Counted from the first letter of the stretch, positions 50,474 through 63,726 are shown. The stretch: 64,000 nucleotides of DNA from Hormiphora californensis (GCA_020137815.1 CM035356.1:2728001-2792000), one strand, 5' to 3'. Translations and numbers: made by a program. The notes: generated by a model from the letters alone, not told the origin.

Positions 50474-50788
50474 CTAGCGCACCCATTGGGTGCACCTCAA
50501 GTAAGGGTTCTTTAATAACCCACCCGGCTTCGCCGGGTGGTTCTTTTCGCCGCTTTCAACGTCAATAACACGGTTGCCATGGCAACAGAATTGGTAACTA
50601 TGGGGACTTGCATTTTAAAAGTCATTCGAAAATATTAATAAACTTCCACTGGAAGTTCATAAAGTGTGAGCAACAGCTTTAAAGCTTTGGGATATAAAGT
50701 GTTTTATGAAGGAGCAGTCTGTCGCTTAGATACCGCTGAACGAACGGCCACCACTTCGACGACGTTCATCTCCAAATTATAATAGAGA
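50474..50788 (-). mobile_element. Non-autonomous Helitron, copy B (head-to-tail with A)
   Basis: A|TCTCTATTATAAT start, same hairpins, CTAG end joined directly to the TC of copy A. Confidence 0.8.
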
Positions 50789-52128
50789 TCCTCTCCTCAA
50801 CCCATTTCTAACGGTGTAATATCGTATTTCAGAAGATATTTGACTGTACAGAAACCAGATATATCTAGTACGATGCATCTATAATCATGTGAGTACACGG
50901 CTCCCAAGTAAACGTGATCTTTTTACTGTGTTAGTGTTGTTCCCCCGTTAGTGTTTATCATCTTTTAGTGATCTTTTTACTGTTATTCTCTATGTTTATC
51001 ACCTATAAGTGTACTATTCATTCATCATATGAACAATGATATCATGATAACCCATATTGTTTGTGTATTGTCTCCCATCTAAATGATATCTGTACTGCGT
51101 CACTCTGTTTTAGACAAGGTAAACACGAGATATGTTGGTACTGTTTGTCTTGTTACATTCACCCACGCAATAACACCAAATAGTGAGGAATGTGAGAGAA
51201 AGAGAGAGAAGGTGAGAGAAAGGAATAGCAAAAACAAACAAAGGGAGGCTCTCCCTGTCATTTTATCTCCAAGTCCTTACTCTGATTTCACTTTTGCAAC
51301 ATTACAATTCGGTATTCCCTCTCTTGTGGTTCTCTCTCGCTTTCCGGCACAATTTCAATCTCGTGCGTAATAAGATAAGGGTTTCACAGTGCGGTACTCA
51401 ACTGACCATTATAACGGGTTCCTAGATGTCTCCAAGCAACACATACATATATTTATATGCTACTAATTATACCAATTAGCATATGGAACCTGCCAGTGCT
51501 ATTATTAGACCCTTCAAGAGACATACTTTTATAGAAAAAAATACCCGGAGAATTCTTTTGAAATTTAGTTACATACGCAGTTACAGACATAAATAGGATG
51601 ATGCTATGTAATTGAAGTAACATTGCTGTCATTCGAAACTGGTTACGTTGTTGCTATGTATGTTGCTATGGTAACCCACGATGCAGTTCTTTACTCTCCC
51701 TCTCCTCTCTCTCCATCTTTAGTTTCCCTCCCTTTCGTCTCTAAACGATAATAGAATGACGTAGCATGTATATGTAAGCCAGCAGTGTGCTAGTAGCCAG
51801 TAGCGCCGGGTGTTGATTCCTCTCTTATCTGTGTCACATAGTTTATCTATATCCTCATGATGGATGCGTATCTATCTGCTACAACATTCCCTTCCACTCT
51901 CTCCAGTGCATGCATGCTCTCTCTTTGGGAGGAGTGTACTAAACGGTCGCTGTACTGTGTGTCAGTACTCAGTGTCAGTAGTAATTGTGCTGTACGTGGT
52001 GTACTATATAGTGCCCTTGAGATCTTAGATCATGCCTCATGGCACACTCCAGTTACTTTAAGTTAAATGTTCACTCCTGTATCCTCTATCATTATTGAAT
52101 GCTATAGTGTTCATACACTCTCTCTCTC

Positions 52129-52225
<97 letters not shown>

Positions 52226-53060
52226 TTCTCTCTCTCGTTGCTACATTGCTGTTCAGGCTTACACTTGGGTAGCACTTTCACGTCTTTAATACACAGCTGT
52301 AGTAATCTGCCATTCACGTGCTTTCAGCACATGTCATTATTATAATATCAGCTTTAATACACAATAGAAGTAGAGTGTATAGAATGCAGTAGCAGCTGTG
52401 TGCATTATTGTGCTTTAGTAGTTTGTGAGTCTGAGTGAGAACTGAGAAATTCTCTCTCACTGACAATTGAGAGTGTGTGATGATAGAGACAACATTTTTC
52501 CATGTACTGCTGTGCTGTACGTGTCCTCCTCATGTAAATGATATCGCGTGACGTTTACTGCCTAGCCTACTTCCCCTCTCTCTATCTCTTTCTCTCTCTT
52601 CTTTGTCTAGATGATACAGGAAGCAGTGTACATGCTCAATGCTGTTCAGGACCTCTGCTTGCTGTTTGTGCAGCTTTACTTGTTGTGTGGGTGGGGGAGC
52701 TGCTAAGAGAGAAACACAATGAGAGGTGGAGAAATTGGGAGGGAGAGAGGGAGAGAGGGAGAAATAGAAAGCGAGAGAGAGAGAAAATGAGTGAGAGAGA
52801 GGAGGGACTGAGAGAGAAATAGAGACAGAAATAGAGTTGTACACAGCTTAGTATTTGTGTACTCTCTTTCTCTATGCTTGCTGCAGCTCACTCGCAAAGT
52901 CAACAATTATTGTATCCTTCTCCCTCTCTTCAGTTTGTACTAGCTGCTATGGAATGTTTGCGTTTCCAAGACTGTTGCTAAGACTGTTGTTAAGACACTT
53001 ATAACTCATCTTCTTCAAGTACCCGACATATAATAATATCCTCTTTGTCCCCATAGCAAC

Positions 53061-54899
53061 ATGAACAAAGTACATCCTACGGAAAAGGAGAGGAAGAGGA
53101 AAAGAAAGAAGAATCACTCTCCCCCCGAGTCCCCTGAGTTGTTATTTGAAGATGTGCTTGTAAACAACTTTGTTTCCCAGGACCAGCTGATTGTGGAGCC
53201 TGTAATTAATAACCCCACCACTCCACCAAAAGAGCAGCTGGTGTTCCAAGCTGGGAGTCTAGTGGAGGGCGAGGAGCTGTCTGTGTTCAACCGAGCTGCT
53301 GAGGAGGCGGATCAGATGGCACAACGGAATGAGGTTGAAATGAGGGAGGAGAAGAAACGGATGGAGAGATTGAGAAGGGAGAGTGCAGCCAGAGAAGAGA
53401 GGATCGTGTTAGAGAAACTTGCTAAAGATGAGATAGAGATGAGGGATATAATTCACCAGTCCCGTGTTGTTGAGAACCACTCTGCTACTGATACGGAGGG
53501 ATCTGAGGTAGCTGCCCATCAGGTCTGGGAGGAGGAAGAGAGGAGGTTGGATGAGTTAGTAACACACCAAGAAACAATCCTCCACAACCCTACTGCCAGT
53601 GAGGACGATGTGGCTATACAGGATGTTGATGAGGGGGAAGTTGCACGTGCAGTATTGGAACAGGAGGCTGAACAGGAGGACAAGCTGACGAAACTCCGGG
53701 GAGATTCTGACAATGAGTTGGAGAAACATAGGGAACACATCACTTCAGAGGAGGAGAAATTGAAACGGCAGGTTGAGAGAAGTGCCTTGCTGAGGAGGCA
53801 GGATTCCCAGGCTTTGTTGGAGTCGGGTGGGATCAGGAAAAATCTGGCACAGCGTGAAACTAAGGGGAAACTTGTCCACCATACTGAGAGGGGTCTACTG
53901 AAGTTTGGGCAGAATGCCAACATTTCCTATCACCCCTCAGTAGCACGCCACCTTGCCCCAACTACGGTTAACCTAGCACAACAAGATCGCAGGCACCTCC
54001 AATCTAATGGGTGTGAATACACTAAGGATGCTGGGAACTGGAGCATATCTAAAGACTCTGAATATGAGAACATCACATCTTCTGTTATGAACCCTAAAGG
54101 TCTATCAGATGGTACGGGGCAAAACGAGCACCTAATTCCGGTAGAGTGTGTGATGGTGAACAAGACCAGGAAACATGATATATCTATGGAAGCCTCAGCT
54201 GGGGGTGGGGTTAAGAGACATCTCATCCCATCAAACTACCCTCTCCTCAACTCAGCCCTTCACAACTTGGCTAGCGTGGGGCCAATAGAGGACGCAGTTC
54301 GGGGCCATTATATTTGTAGGGAGGGGGTCAGGGTACAGAGGGTGTGTGCCTACTCCATACCTCTACCAGGGAACACTGAACTAAAAAACAATTGTACTCA
54401 TCTCATGGCAACAGAGAGTAGTATTGTTAACAAATCTAAGGGGTTACAGATCTACTCTGATACTACCTACCACCATGATATTGTGGGTGTTTCTATATCA
54501 GACGAGGGTGTGATCTCCCAGAAATCAATGCGATACTCGATTCCAGTTGAAGGGGATCAAGATGAGAACTGCCCAGTTTTTGTTGTTTCATACGAGGGTG
54601 ACCAAGACGCTAACAATGCTCAGTATATCATACCACCTGAAGTTAACTTGGTTGGAGGTGTGAGGGGTGCCCAGATTCCCTCCAGCCCGGGGAAATTAGT
54701 GGACAGGGCGAGACATTTTCATCATCGCTACAAAACTTGGTTACCATGGAAACGGGCCAAGTTTTCCGTTACTAAGGACTGTAGTTTGGTGCACGATGGA
54801 CAGTTTAGTATATCAGGAGAGGCGGATTTAGAGAATGATATGGGTGATTTTGAGATAAATGAAGTATCAATCGATGATGAATTGTTAATTGAGGAATGA
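53061..54899 (+). CDS. Orphan 612-aa protein: basic N-terminus, acidic coiled-coil, C-terminal globular region
   Basis: 1.8-kb uninterrupted ORF, acceptor CATAG 4 nt before the ATG, motifs shared with the 60.2-kb ORF. Confidence 0.85.
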   Translation: MNKVHPTEKERKRKRKKNHSPPESPELLFEDVLVNNFVSQDQLIVEPVINNPTTPPKEQLVFQAGSLVEGEELSVFNRAAEEADQMAQRNEVEMREEKKRMERLRRESAAREERIVLEKLAKDEIEMRDIIHQSRVVENHSATDTEGSEVAAHQVWEEEERRLDELVTHQETILHNPTASEDDVAIQDVDEGEVARAVLEQEAEQEDKLTKLRGDSDNELEKHREHITSEEEKLKRQVERSALLRRQDSQALLESGGIRKNLAQRETKGKLVHHTERGLLKFGQNANISYHPSVARHLAPTTVNLAQQDRRHLQSNGCEYTKDAGNWSISKDSEYENITSSVMNPKGLSDGTGQNEHLIPVECVMVNKTRKHDISMEASAGGGVKRHLIPSNYPLLNSALHNLASVGPIEDAVRGHYICREGVRVQRVCAYSIPLPGNTELKNNCTHLMATESSIVNKSKGLQIYSDTTYHHDIVGVSISDEGVISQKSMRYSIPVEGDQDENCPVFVVSYEGDQDANNAQYIIPPEVNLVGGVRGAQIPSSPGKLVDRARHFHHRYKTWLPWKRAKFSVTKDCSLVHDGQFSISGEADLENDMGDFEINEVSIDDELLIEE

Positions 54900-55461
54900 T
54901 AATGGGAGTTAGAATGGTTTAGTGTTTAGGTGGTGCTTCATTTTTGGACCGCTCTAATTTAGGGAATTTTAATTTTGTATAATCGTGTGTGTTTTCATTG
55001 GGAACATATTCTACTCGAAACTAAAAACCTCTTTTTTTTTCTACGAAATACTTGTTGTAACTATTAACACAACTAAAAAGTATTATATCACACCTATAAT
55101 ACATGAGCAAGGCAAACCTAGAGCACATCAAATCATTCATTATACTTGTTATATTGTATTGTATCCCTTATCACGCGGCATGGATTGAGTAAGGCTATAC
55201 CTCCTACTTGCTACACACGTGCAGTATTCGCTATTACTTCTTCCTTCCTGAATATGAAGCTTGTTCGAACCTCTCTCTCTCCAATGTAAAGGAGGGCTGG
55301 ATGAAGCCGTTTGTCTATTGTTGCCTAGCTCGAACCTCTTTTCGCGAGCTCCGCGGAAGGGTTAGAACATAACAAGTATATTGTTGTTACTCAACAAGTA
55401 TATTGGTCATGTTGAACAGAAACATGTTGGTTGAGAGCCTGGGTATATTCTAAAAAAATAT

Positions 55462-55999
55462 GGGGGGGGGGGTGCAGCCCAAAAAAACCAACCATACCCT
55501 GGATTTTCAAAAGTGTTGATTTTTTTTTGGTCGTTTTTGATTTTTTTTTACTTTTTTTGATCTTTTTTGATTTTTTTTGATCTTTTTTGATTTTTTTTGA
55601 TCGTTTTTGATTTTTTTTGAATTTTTTTGACCGTTTTTGATTTTATTTGATCGTTTTTGATTTTTTTTGAACTTTTTGTTCAACATTAAACATTTAAAAA
55701 TCAAAAAAATTCAAAAAAATTCAAAAAAAATCAAAAACGATCAAAAAAAATCAAAAACGACCAAAAAAAATCAAAAACGACCAAAAAACATTAAACATTT
55801 AAAAAATCAAAAACGATCAAAAAAATTCAAAAACGACCAAAAAAAATTTTAAAAAATCAAAAACGATAAAAAAAAATCAAAAACGACCAAAAAAATCAAA
55901 GAAATTTCAACCAAAAAAAAACCAAAAAAAAACCAACCATACCCTGGGTTTCGGAAAAAGTTTGATTTTTTTTGGGGCTGCACCCCCCCCCCCCCCCCC
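55462..55999. mobile_element. Poly-G-terminated foldback-like element, copy 2 (inverted relative to copy 1)
   Basis: Same TIR and subterminal sequences (CCAACCATACCCTGG), 6-bp TSD AAATAT at 55456-55461 and 56000-56005. Confidence 0.85.
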
Positions 56000-56455
56000 A
56001 AATATGCAGTAAACTTGTTCCCCGGATAGTACTACTCAACAAATATTACTAGTAGTTAACAATATGAGTTTTGCTCTGTCAGGCCAATATGCTCTGACAG
56101 GTTTTGCTAGGTATTTCTTCTAAAACCCCCATCCAATCATGACCACATCTTGGCAAGTCATTCGTCAAATCTGTGATAAGGGGATTATAAAGATGAGTGA
56201 GAGAGAGAGAGCACCTGGGTCCTGATGGGGCTATAATATTTCCTGTATGAATGTCCCAATACGATCACATTTCACTCTCGCACAAGGGTCGTAATCCTTT
56301 TTGTGTGTGTTTGATCCAGCACACCACCGTGGTGTCACCACGTACCACCGTGGTGTCACCACGTACCTGCCAGAGCATGGGCAGAGTATTGGCCTGACCC
56401 TATTCTCATTTCTTGAAATTGGCCTAGGTCAGAGCATATTGGCTTGATAGCCACG

Positions 56456-59304
56456 GATTACCTACAACTATGGCTCATGCAACTATGGCTCATAAAATCT
56501 ATGAGCCATAGATGCATGCAACTATGGCTCATAGATTTTATGAGCCATAGATGCATACAACTATGGCTCATAGAAATGTGATCTGATTAGGTTCTATGAG
56601 CCAAAGCTAGTGAGAGTGAGTGACACGTAAGTGACACGTGAGTGACACGTGAGTGACACGTGAGTGACACGTGAGTGACACGTGAGTGACACGTGAGTGA
56701 CATGTGAGTGACACGTGAGTTTTCGAATCATGTAATATTAAATGAGCACAAATGTAAACGATTTACATAATGATAAATTTAATGTTACATAATTAAAATT
56801 ACACTATCAGTTCATCTTGGATATAATGGTAAAAGGGGTCCTTCTTTGGACAGTTCATAGAGCATTTCACGTGAATCAGCAGCTCTGTTTATTCAAATCT
56901 ATGATCGGATAGGTACTAAACAGCCGCCTTGCATTATCACTATCAGGATCCACAGTAAAAAACTCTCCAACAGGTCTGATTTTCGAGAAAGTAGTATAGG
57001 TAGGATGTTCCCAGAAATTGCCTGGCTAAAGTTTCTGATCTTTCACACTCTTCCAAAACCTCCCGGTACTCGTTGAACGTTGTAGTGTTGTTCGTGACGT
57101 CGATAACAATTATAGCTAGTGAATCTACTAACAAATTCTAATGAGCGGGATGGATATGTGACAGTGTCACATATCCACCCCCCTCACTGACACGATTCTG
57201 GGATGCGCCATTAGCAGAGTGAAACGATACGAGATACGAAACTTATGATTCGGGGGAGCTCATTAGCAGTGTGAGACGATACGGTATATGGAACATGATT
57301 CGGGGAAGCTTATTAGGAGTGCTAGACGATATGAGACACGATTCGGAGAATGTTTTATCGCTCTTTTTATCTATCTCTATCTCTTTTTGTCAATTATCTT
57401 GAGAACCAGATGAGATACCTACTCATACTAATGCGAGGAAGCTACAAACTTTGGTGCCCTTATTTTTGTCCATACTCCTTTTCCTTTTTTATCTGGATGT
57501 CGGCTCAGCCCCGTTATTTTTAGGGGGATATGTTGTTGTTTTAGATGGAATGGTTTGAATTTGGTCTGTTTGGCAAGACTCGAAAAAAAAACCGAACGCA
57601 TTCCATCTAAAACAACATATCCTCCTAAAAACAATGAGGCGAGCCGATAGGCTCTTATTACCAAAAATAAGGGCACTAAACTCACCAAGTGTGTAGCGTC
57701 AGCTCGCATTATAGTATAATGGTAGGCACCTCATCTGGTTCTCAAGTCCAAGATAATTGACAAAGAGGGAAATCATACGACTCTTACTACAGTTAGCGAC
57801 AATCGAGAAAACAGACAGCATAACTCTTTTAAGCGACAGTGCTGTGTAATTTCTCAAAACTCTTATTCTTAGTGAGCAACAGGGAAAAGAATTGGGGAGA
57901 GAAAGTGAGAGACAGGGTGCCCCCTTGAGAGAGATTATCTCGCGCGGCGCATTGGCACGTGCGGTTTGGGCGCTGGCAGGCTTTTACATGTTGCAACACG
58001 TAAAAGCCTGCCAGCGCCCAAACCGCACGTGCCAGGGCGCCGCGCGTTACTATCTTGCTCTCTCTCACTCACTAGCTGCATTCTGATTGGCTGTTATCGA
58101 TCACATGTACGCAGTCACAGGCTATCCCTGTGCACTAGGACTTATCACGTGACCTTTCACGTGACCAGATTCTGTGATCCCCGGTCAGTTAAGAGTTTTA
58201 AGAGTTTATACGTCGCTAAGTAGCGGCGCTTACCACACAAGAGAATGGAATCACCATTCTCTTACTCTTGATATCTCTTACAAGAAAATAAGAGTTATTT
58301 TGGAAAACAGTCAGCACCTGTCGCTTACTCCAGTAAGCGATTGCGAAATCAATCAGCACCTGCTAACTTCAGTAAGAGTCGTATGATATCCCTCAAAAAG
58401 AGATAGAGATAGAGATAGAGATAGATAGAAAGAGCAATAAAACATTCTCCAAATCGTTTCTCATATCGTCTAACACTCCTAATAAGCTTCCCCGAATCAT
58501 GTTCCATATACCTATCGTCACACACTGCTAATGAGCTCCCCCGAATCATAAGTTTCGTATCTCGTATCGTTTCACTCTGCTAATGGCGCATCCCAGAATC
58601 GTGTCAGTGAGGGGGGTGGATATGTGACACTGTCACATATCCATCCCGCTCATTAGAATTTGTTAGTAGATTCACTAGCTATAATTGTTATCGACGTCAC
58701 GAACAACACTACAACGTTCAACGAGTACCGGGAGGTTTTGGAAGAGTGTGAAAGATCAGAAACTTTAGCCAGGCAATTTCTGGGAACATCCTACCTATAC
58801 TACTTTCTCGAAAATCAGACCTGTTGGAGAGTTTTTTACTGTGGATCCTGATAGTGATAATGCAAGGCGGCTGTTTAGTACCTATCCGATCATAGATTTG
58901 AATAAACATCGTGTTAAGGAGCTGCTGATTCACGTGAAATGCTCTATGAACTGTCCAAAGAAGGACCCCTTTTACCATTATATCCAAGATGAACTGATAG
59001 TGTAATTTTAATTATGTAACATTAGATTTATCATTATGTAAATCGTTTGCATTTGTGCTCATTTAATATTACATGATTCGAAAACTCACGTGTCACTCAC
59101 ATGTCACTCACGTGTCACTCACGTGTCACTCACGTCCCTCTCACTCTCACTAGCTTTGGCTCATAGAACCTAATCAGATCACATTTCTATGAGCCATAGT
59201 TGTATGCATCTATGGCTCATAAAATCTATGAGCCATAGTTGCATGCATCTATGGCTCATAGATTTTATGAGCCATAGTTGCATGAGCCATAGTTGTAGGT
59301 CACC
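56456..59304. mobile_element. Mutator-like/Foldback non-autonomous element with ~0.93-kb terminal inverted arms
   Basis: Arms ~56456-57390 and ~58394-59304 are near-identical reverse complements. 9-bp TSD ATAGCCACG at 56447-56455 and 59305-59313. Subterminal ACTATGGCTCAT and GTGAGTGACAC repeats. No transposase ORF. Confidence 0.9.
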
Positions 59305-60068
59305 ATAGCCACGTACCACCGTTTTAATCATCTTAATCCAAATCTAGATCTGTGGTGATAGAGTGTCCACTCTTTCCAGCTCTCCCTCTCATGACTACAT
59401 CTCGTATCTGGGCCTCTCTTATTTCTTAACCTCTCTGATATCCCTCCTCCCTCTCTCTCTCTCTGAATACACGTTTGCCGTTTAGCTCTCCCTCTCGAGC
59501 TGTCTTCAGAATAGCAGTAGTGTGTAAAACTACACGTTTACAACCACCTGTCTACATCGTTAGATATTCAGGAAAAGAGTGAGAGTTTGCTATTCCCCGT
59601 CTTTTGTTTTACGTAATAAATTTGCCTAAGTTTGAATTTGAATTTTGATGAAGTGTTCTGTGGTATTATTCAATAAGGGTGGGTGCTGTGCATGTGGTCG
59701 TTTAGTTGAGGCCACAGAGAGATACACAGAGATTCAGTGAGATACAAAGAGATATAGAGAGATACAGGGATATGTCTCCGTGAGACGAGGGTGGGTAATG
59801 GATATGAAATAGAAACAAAAACATACATCCAGGCTGGGTGACCCAGCTAGTCGATAACAACAACAAAGCTTTCACCGATCATCATGACGTTGTTGTATAG
59901 TGATACTGTGCTTGTAGTTGTACTTCATCATATTGTTCTGTCCACTCCGACCCCCCTATAGCTATCCTTCCCGCTCTAACCCCTTCTCTCTCCCAAAGTC
60001 TAACGCCACCCTTCTCTCTCCCTCTATCCCCATCTCTATACTAACCCCACCCTTCTCTCCTCCTCTAG

Positions 60069-61831
60069 GCAGCGAGTAAAATCACGTGTCAAATCAAGGC
60101 CCCTCCACGAAGAAGAAGAGGAGGAAGAGGAAGAGGGATCTCGACTCCTTCTCCCTGAGGATGTCACTGAAAGTGAATGTGAGAGCACCCACAGTCTCCA
60201 ACCTCTACTTACTACGGACAACATGGTGACAATAGCCAATGAACAGGTCACTGACCCCTATACCACACGAGGAGGTGGAGGAGGTGCCGGGATCCCTGGT
60301 TATAGCCAATAATGAGGAGGTTATTGAGGATGTTATGACACCGAGATCAGTATTGGATGATGATGATGTGACTCCTGTTCCTATCTCAGCCTCCTCTCCA
60401 GTTAAATCTGTTGTAAGGCAGGAGAATGGAGGGGTGAAACCTGGGGTAGAGGATATGGTAGTTGAAACGGGGGATGGTGTTGAAATGCAGAGTTTGGGAG
60501 AGAAACAAAAGGAACAATTAGAGGAACACCAAGAGGAACACCAAGAGGAGGAATGGAGGGAGGAACAAGAGAGGGATGAAGTTAAGGAGTCAACCCCAAT
60601 ATCCTCAGAGGGTGAACCAGTAGGTGAAGTGGGACAAGACGGCTACCGTACTATCCCTGAGGGGCCTGTATACGATGAGTATGGCAATGAGCTGGACGAG
60701 ATAGGACACCCAATAATCCGTCACGCCTTCCCTGATACATGGATCCAACAGCCCTCCGAGGACGAGGGGATCCTGGTGTTCGAGACAGAGGATGGTCCAG
60801 TGAGGTTCATTATGAACCTCACTGAGGGAGGTTTCAATTACCACAACCCTCCTAACGAGATGAGGTTGGAAATGGATATTCACCAGAAACACATCCCAAC
60901 AACACACCGTGTTGCCAGTGGGTGCGAGTTCTTTGTCGATAATGGGGTGTGGAGGTTGGAGTTGGAGAGTGAGATAGTGAACGTGTTACTCAGGATGGAT
61001 GTGGCAACAATGTTCGAGTTTGCCACCGGAGAGACGCTTTGGAACGATAGTAAGGATATAACTATTGAGAATATCAACAGGGCCATGGTGATTTTCAAGG
61101 ATTGTCTACTAGATGAGACTCCATCAAGATGGTGGCTTGCTAAGGACTCCCATTACAACCCTAAAGCGGCTGTGTTCCGTCTTCAACTTGAGACCAGTGT
61201 CGAGAATAAGACTAGGAATGTGTCGATACATGACGGAATGACGTTGGCGGAGTCTAAAACTACCGTTTCCATACCCCAAACAAAGGACACGGAGGTACGA
61301 AATGTGATGAACTTCTCAATTTATGAGGATTCAGAGATGGTAGATTCAAAAAACAAACATTTGGACTCAGATGATCTGAACCTCGCTGACTCCCTCATAA
61401 AACATCGCCCCTTCACCGACTCCATTCTTGAAGACCAGGGAACGAGACATCTCATCACAGAGGGTGGGGATCTAGAAGACCAGGGAAGGAGACATTTGAT
61501 CGCTGAAGGAGGGTCAGTTGAGGATATTGTGAGAGGTCATCAGATATGTGAGAGGGTCGATGTAGATAATATCACCCGGGGACACGATCTAACTGGTGAA
61601 ACGATGGATGATACTATCAATATATCTCGACACGACAAGGTTCAGTTGTCACAGACTATCGAGAGACCTCCAGCATTGTTTGATAAGAGTCACTTTGAGG
61701 GGGATATTGTCGATTTGAAGGATTGGAGGCTAGAGACAGATATTAAAATTGCAGTTAGCAAGAGCAAGTTTAACTTGAACCAAATTGAAATTGACGATTT
61801 TGAAGATATTGAAGATGAAGAAGAGGTATGA
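60069..61831 (+). CDS. Orphan acidic protein, diverged paralog of the 53061 ORF (probable +1 error near 60250; upstream exon unresolved)
   Basis: 530-aa ORF 60239-61831, preceded by an open E-rich frame from the acceptor at 60067-60068 (QRVKSRVKSRPLHEEEE...TIANEQV). Confidence 0.8.
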
Positions 61832-62317
61832 ATATTAGTTCATTTATCTAACAATAGGGATTTTGTGTACATACACTTGTAGTATAGGTTTTGGTAAAGA
61901 GATCTCTATCGGAAAATGATATAAATTAGCTTTGTTTTGTTGTTTGCTGGCGTGATGGTAAAGTTTTTATTTTTTTATGAGCCCATGCAAGACGACCTAT
62001 ATTTTTCGTGTCTGGATCCTGTCTGGCGGTACCGACGCTGTTTTGATTCTCAAAACATTGAGCCCAGATCGGCGCCGCCAAACAGCCCGGATGCTGTCAG
62101 AGCACTGGCCTGACCCTATTCTCATTTCGCGAGAACTGTGGTCAGAGCCTGACAGCCCCGATTCAGCGTTATGGATGGATTATGATATATTCTTGCGGTA
62201 TGGAAATTAGCTGTTTTGTTGTCAGATGGAAAACTAAGCTTTTTTTGGTTTTAAATAAAATATCTCAGTTTATTGTTTGTACACACGATCAATATATAGT
62301 TCCCTATAATTAGCTAA

Positions 62318-63726
62318 TTAAAGCCTGTTCATGGCGTCCCCTCCTGGTTTCATGCCAGCTGATTTTAGTTGCTGGGTTTCCTGGACAATCGCCAGACACG
62401 GACACAATAGATACGATAAAACGTCATCCGTGTCACTCCCCTGATGGATGAGATATATTGTTACTCAACATGGGAGAGAGGGATGGGTGTCAAGAACAGC
62501 TGACAAAAGCATCAGATGTCTGTTTCACCGTGAATCACTAGTTGGTACTAGTTGGTTAATATGTACCTCTATTTCGAATGTGGTCCTGATTTTGTTGCGA
62601 ATATAAGGTCCAAAGTAGCACATAGGTCCGGGTAGTATGCAGAACAGACAGTACAGCATCCAATCTTCCCCTAGCAACTCAGCATTTGCACCAAATGTGA
62701 TACAGGGACAACATAACGATAAACCAACTGTAGGGGAGTAGACGGGTTAGTGGTATACGTCAGTGTCGTCAAGGACTGCCCCTTTATATCTGTCAGACCA
62801 ATGCTCTGACAGCTTTATATTATAGTTTGGACAATGCATACTACTCTCCCTTCTAGAGTCGGATACAATTCACAAAACTAGATATTTCGACACAAAAAGT
62901 GCAACAGAAGTTTCAAGAGTGAAAGTTTAAAGTTGCACACTTACGAAGTTTTGTGTCCATCCCAAAACATCCAAATAGGGAGTGAGACCAGGGATTTTTA
63001 GGTGGTTCTACAGGCTCCTCTACTGCTATTGGTTGTTCCGTGATAGGCGCTGGCGTTGTGATAGGGATCTCGCTGAATTCTGAGGGTAGAAAATGTAAAA
63101 ACAATGGCACTGAGAAATGAGAATAGCCTAGGTAGCAGGGTGAGGACATCGATTGGTATCAGTCAAAGGACTTCCAAATGGTGTCGGAACTATCTAAATC
63201 TAAAAAATGGTATTCAGTAGGGTGCACACATAATACCTGCTAATTGTTCTCCCTCTGCTCCTTCCACAGGCAGGACAGTTATAGCCTCTCCTCCCTCCCC
63301 CACCAGAACCTGTCCTCCCACAGCTCCATCCCCAGCTGCTACAACTCCTTCCGTAGTTTCTACTGATGGCACTACAGGAAAGGGTGGGTTTATTGACTTC
63401 CAATTGAGTACGATATAGAAATAGAATAGTCCAAATTGGGGCCGGGGAACAGTTCATAAAAGATTAGTCTTTCTCGCGTCGTGAATCATGTTGTCAGATC
63501 GTTAACGATATCCTGTCATATCTCAGCTCTCGATTCTACTATGATTATGAAACAGTTCTTGTCTGACAGCTTCATTCAGTCAATATCTCTGTCTCTGAAT
63601 GGCCGGTCTTCTGATTCTCGGTATGTCCCATCTCATATTGATTCTCTCTATTATACCGTTTGTCAGGGGTGTCGGGGTGGCGACTGGTTGTGTTGGGGTG
63701 GATGGTGGAGCGGGTGTTGAAGCCAT
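62318..63726 (-). CDS. PLAC8/cornifelin-family cysteine-rich protein, 5 exons
   Basis: MASTPAPP...; WSHSLFGCF; LCCPCITFGANAE; IRNKIRTTFEIE|GSDTDD...LCPCLAIVQE. Confidence 0.88.

Noticed and set aside
56943-58851. Two identical 63-aa ORFs on opposite strands
   Set aside because: A by-product of the inverted arms, with a TTG start and no recognisable domain. A captured gene fragment cannot be excluded but is unsupported.
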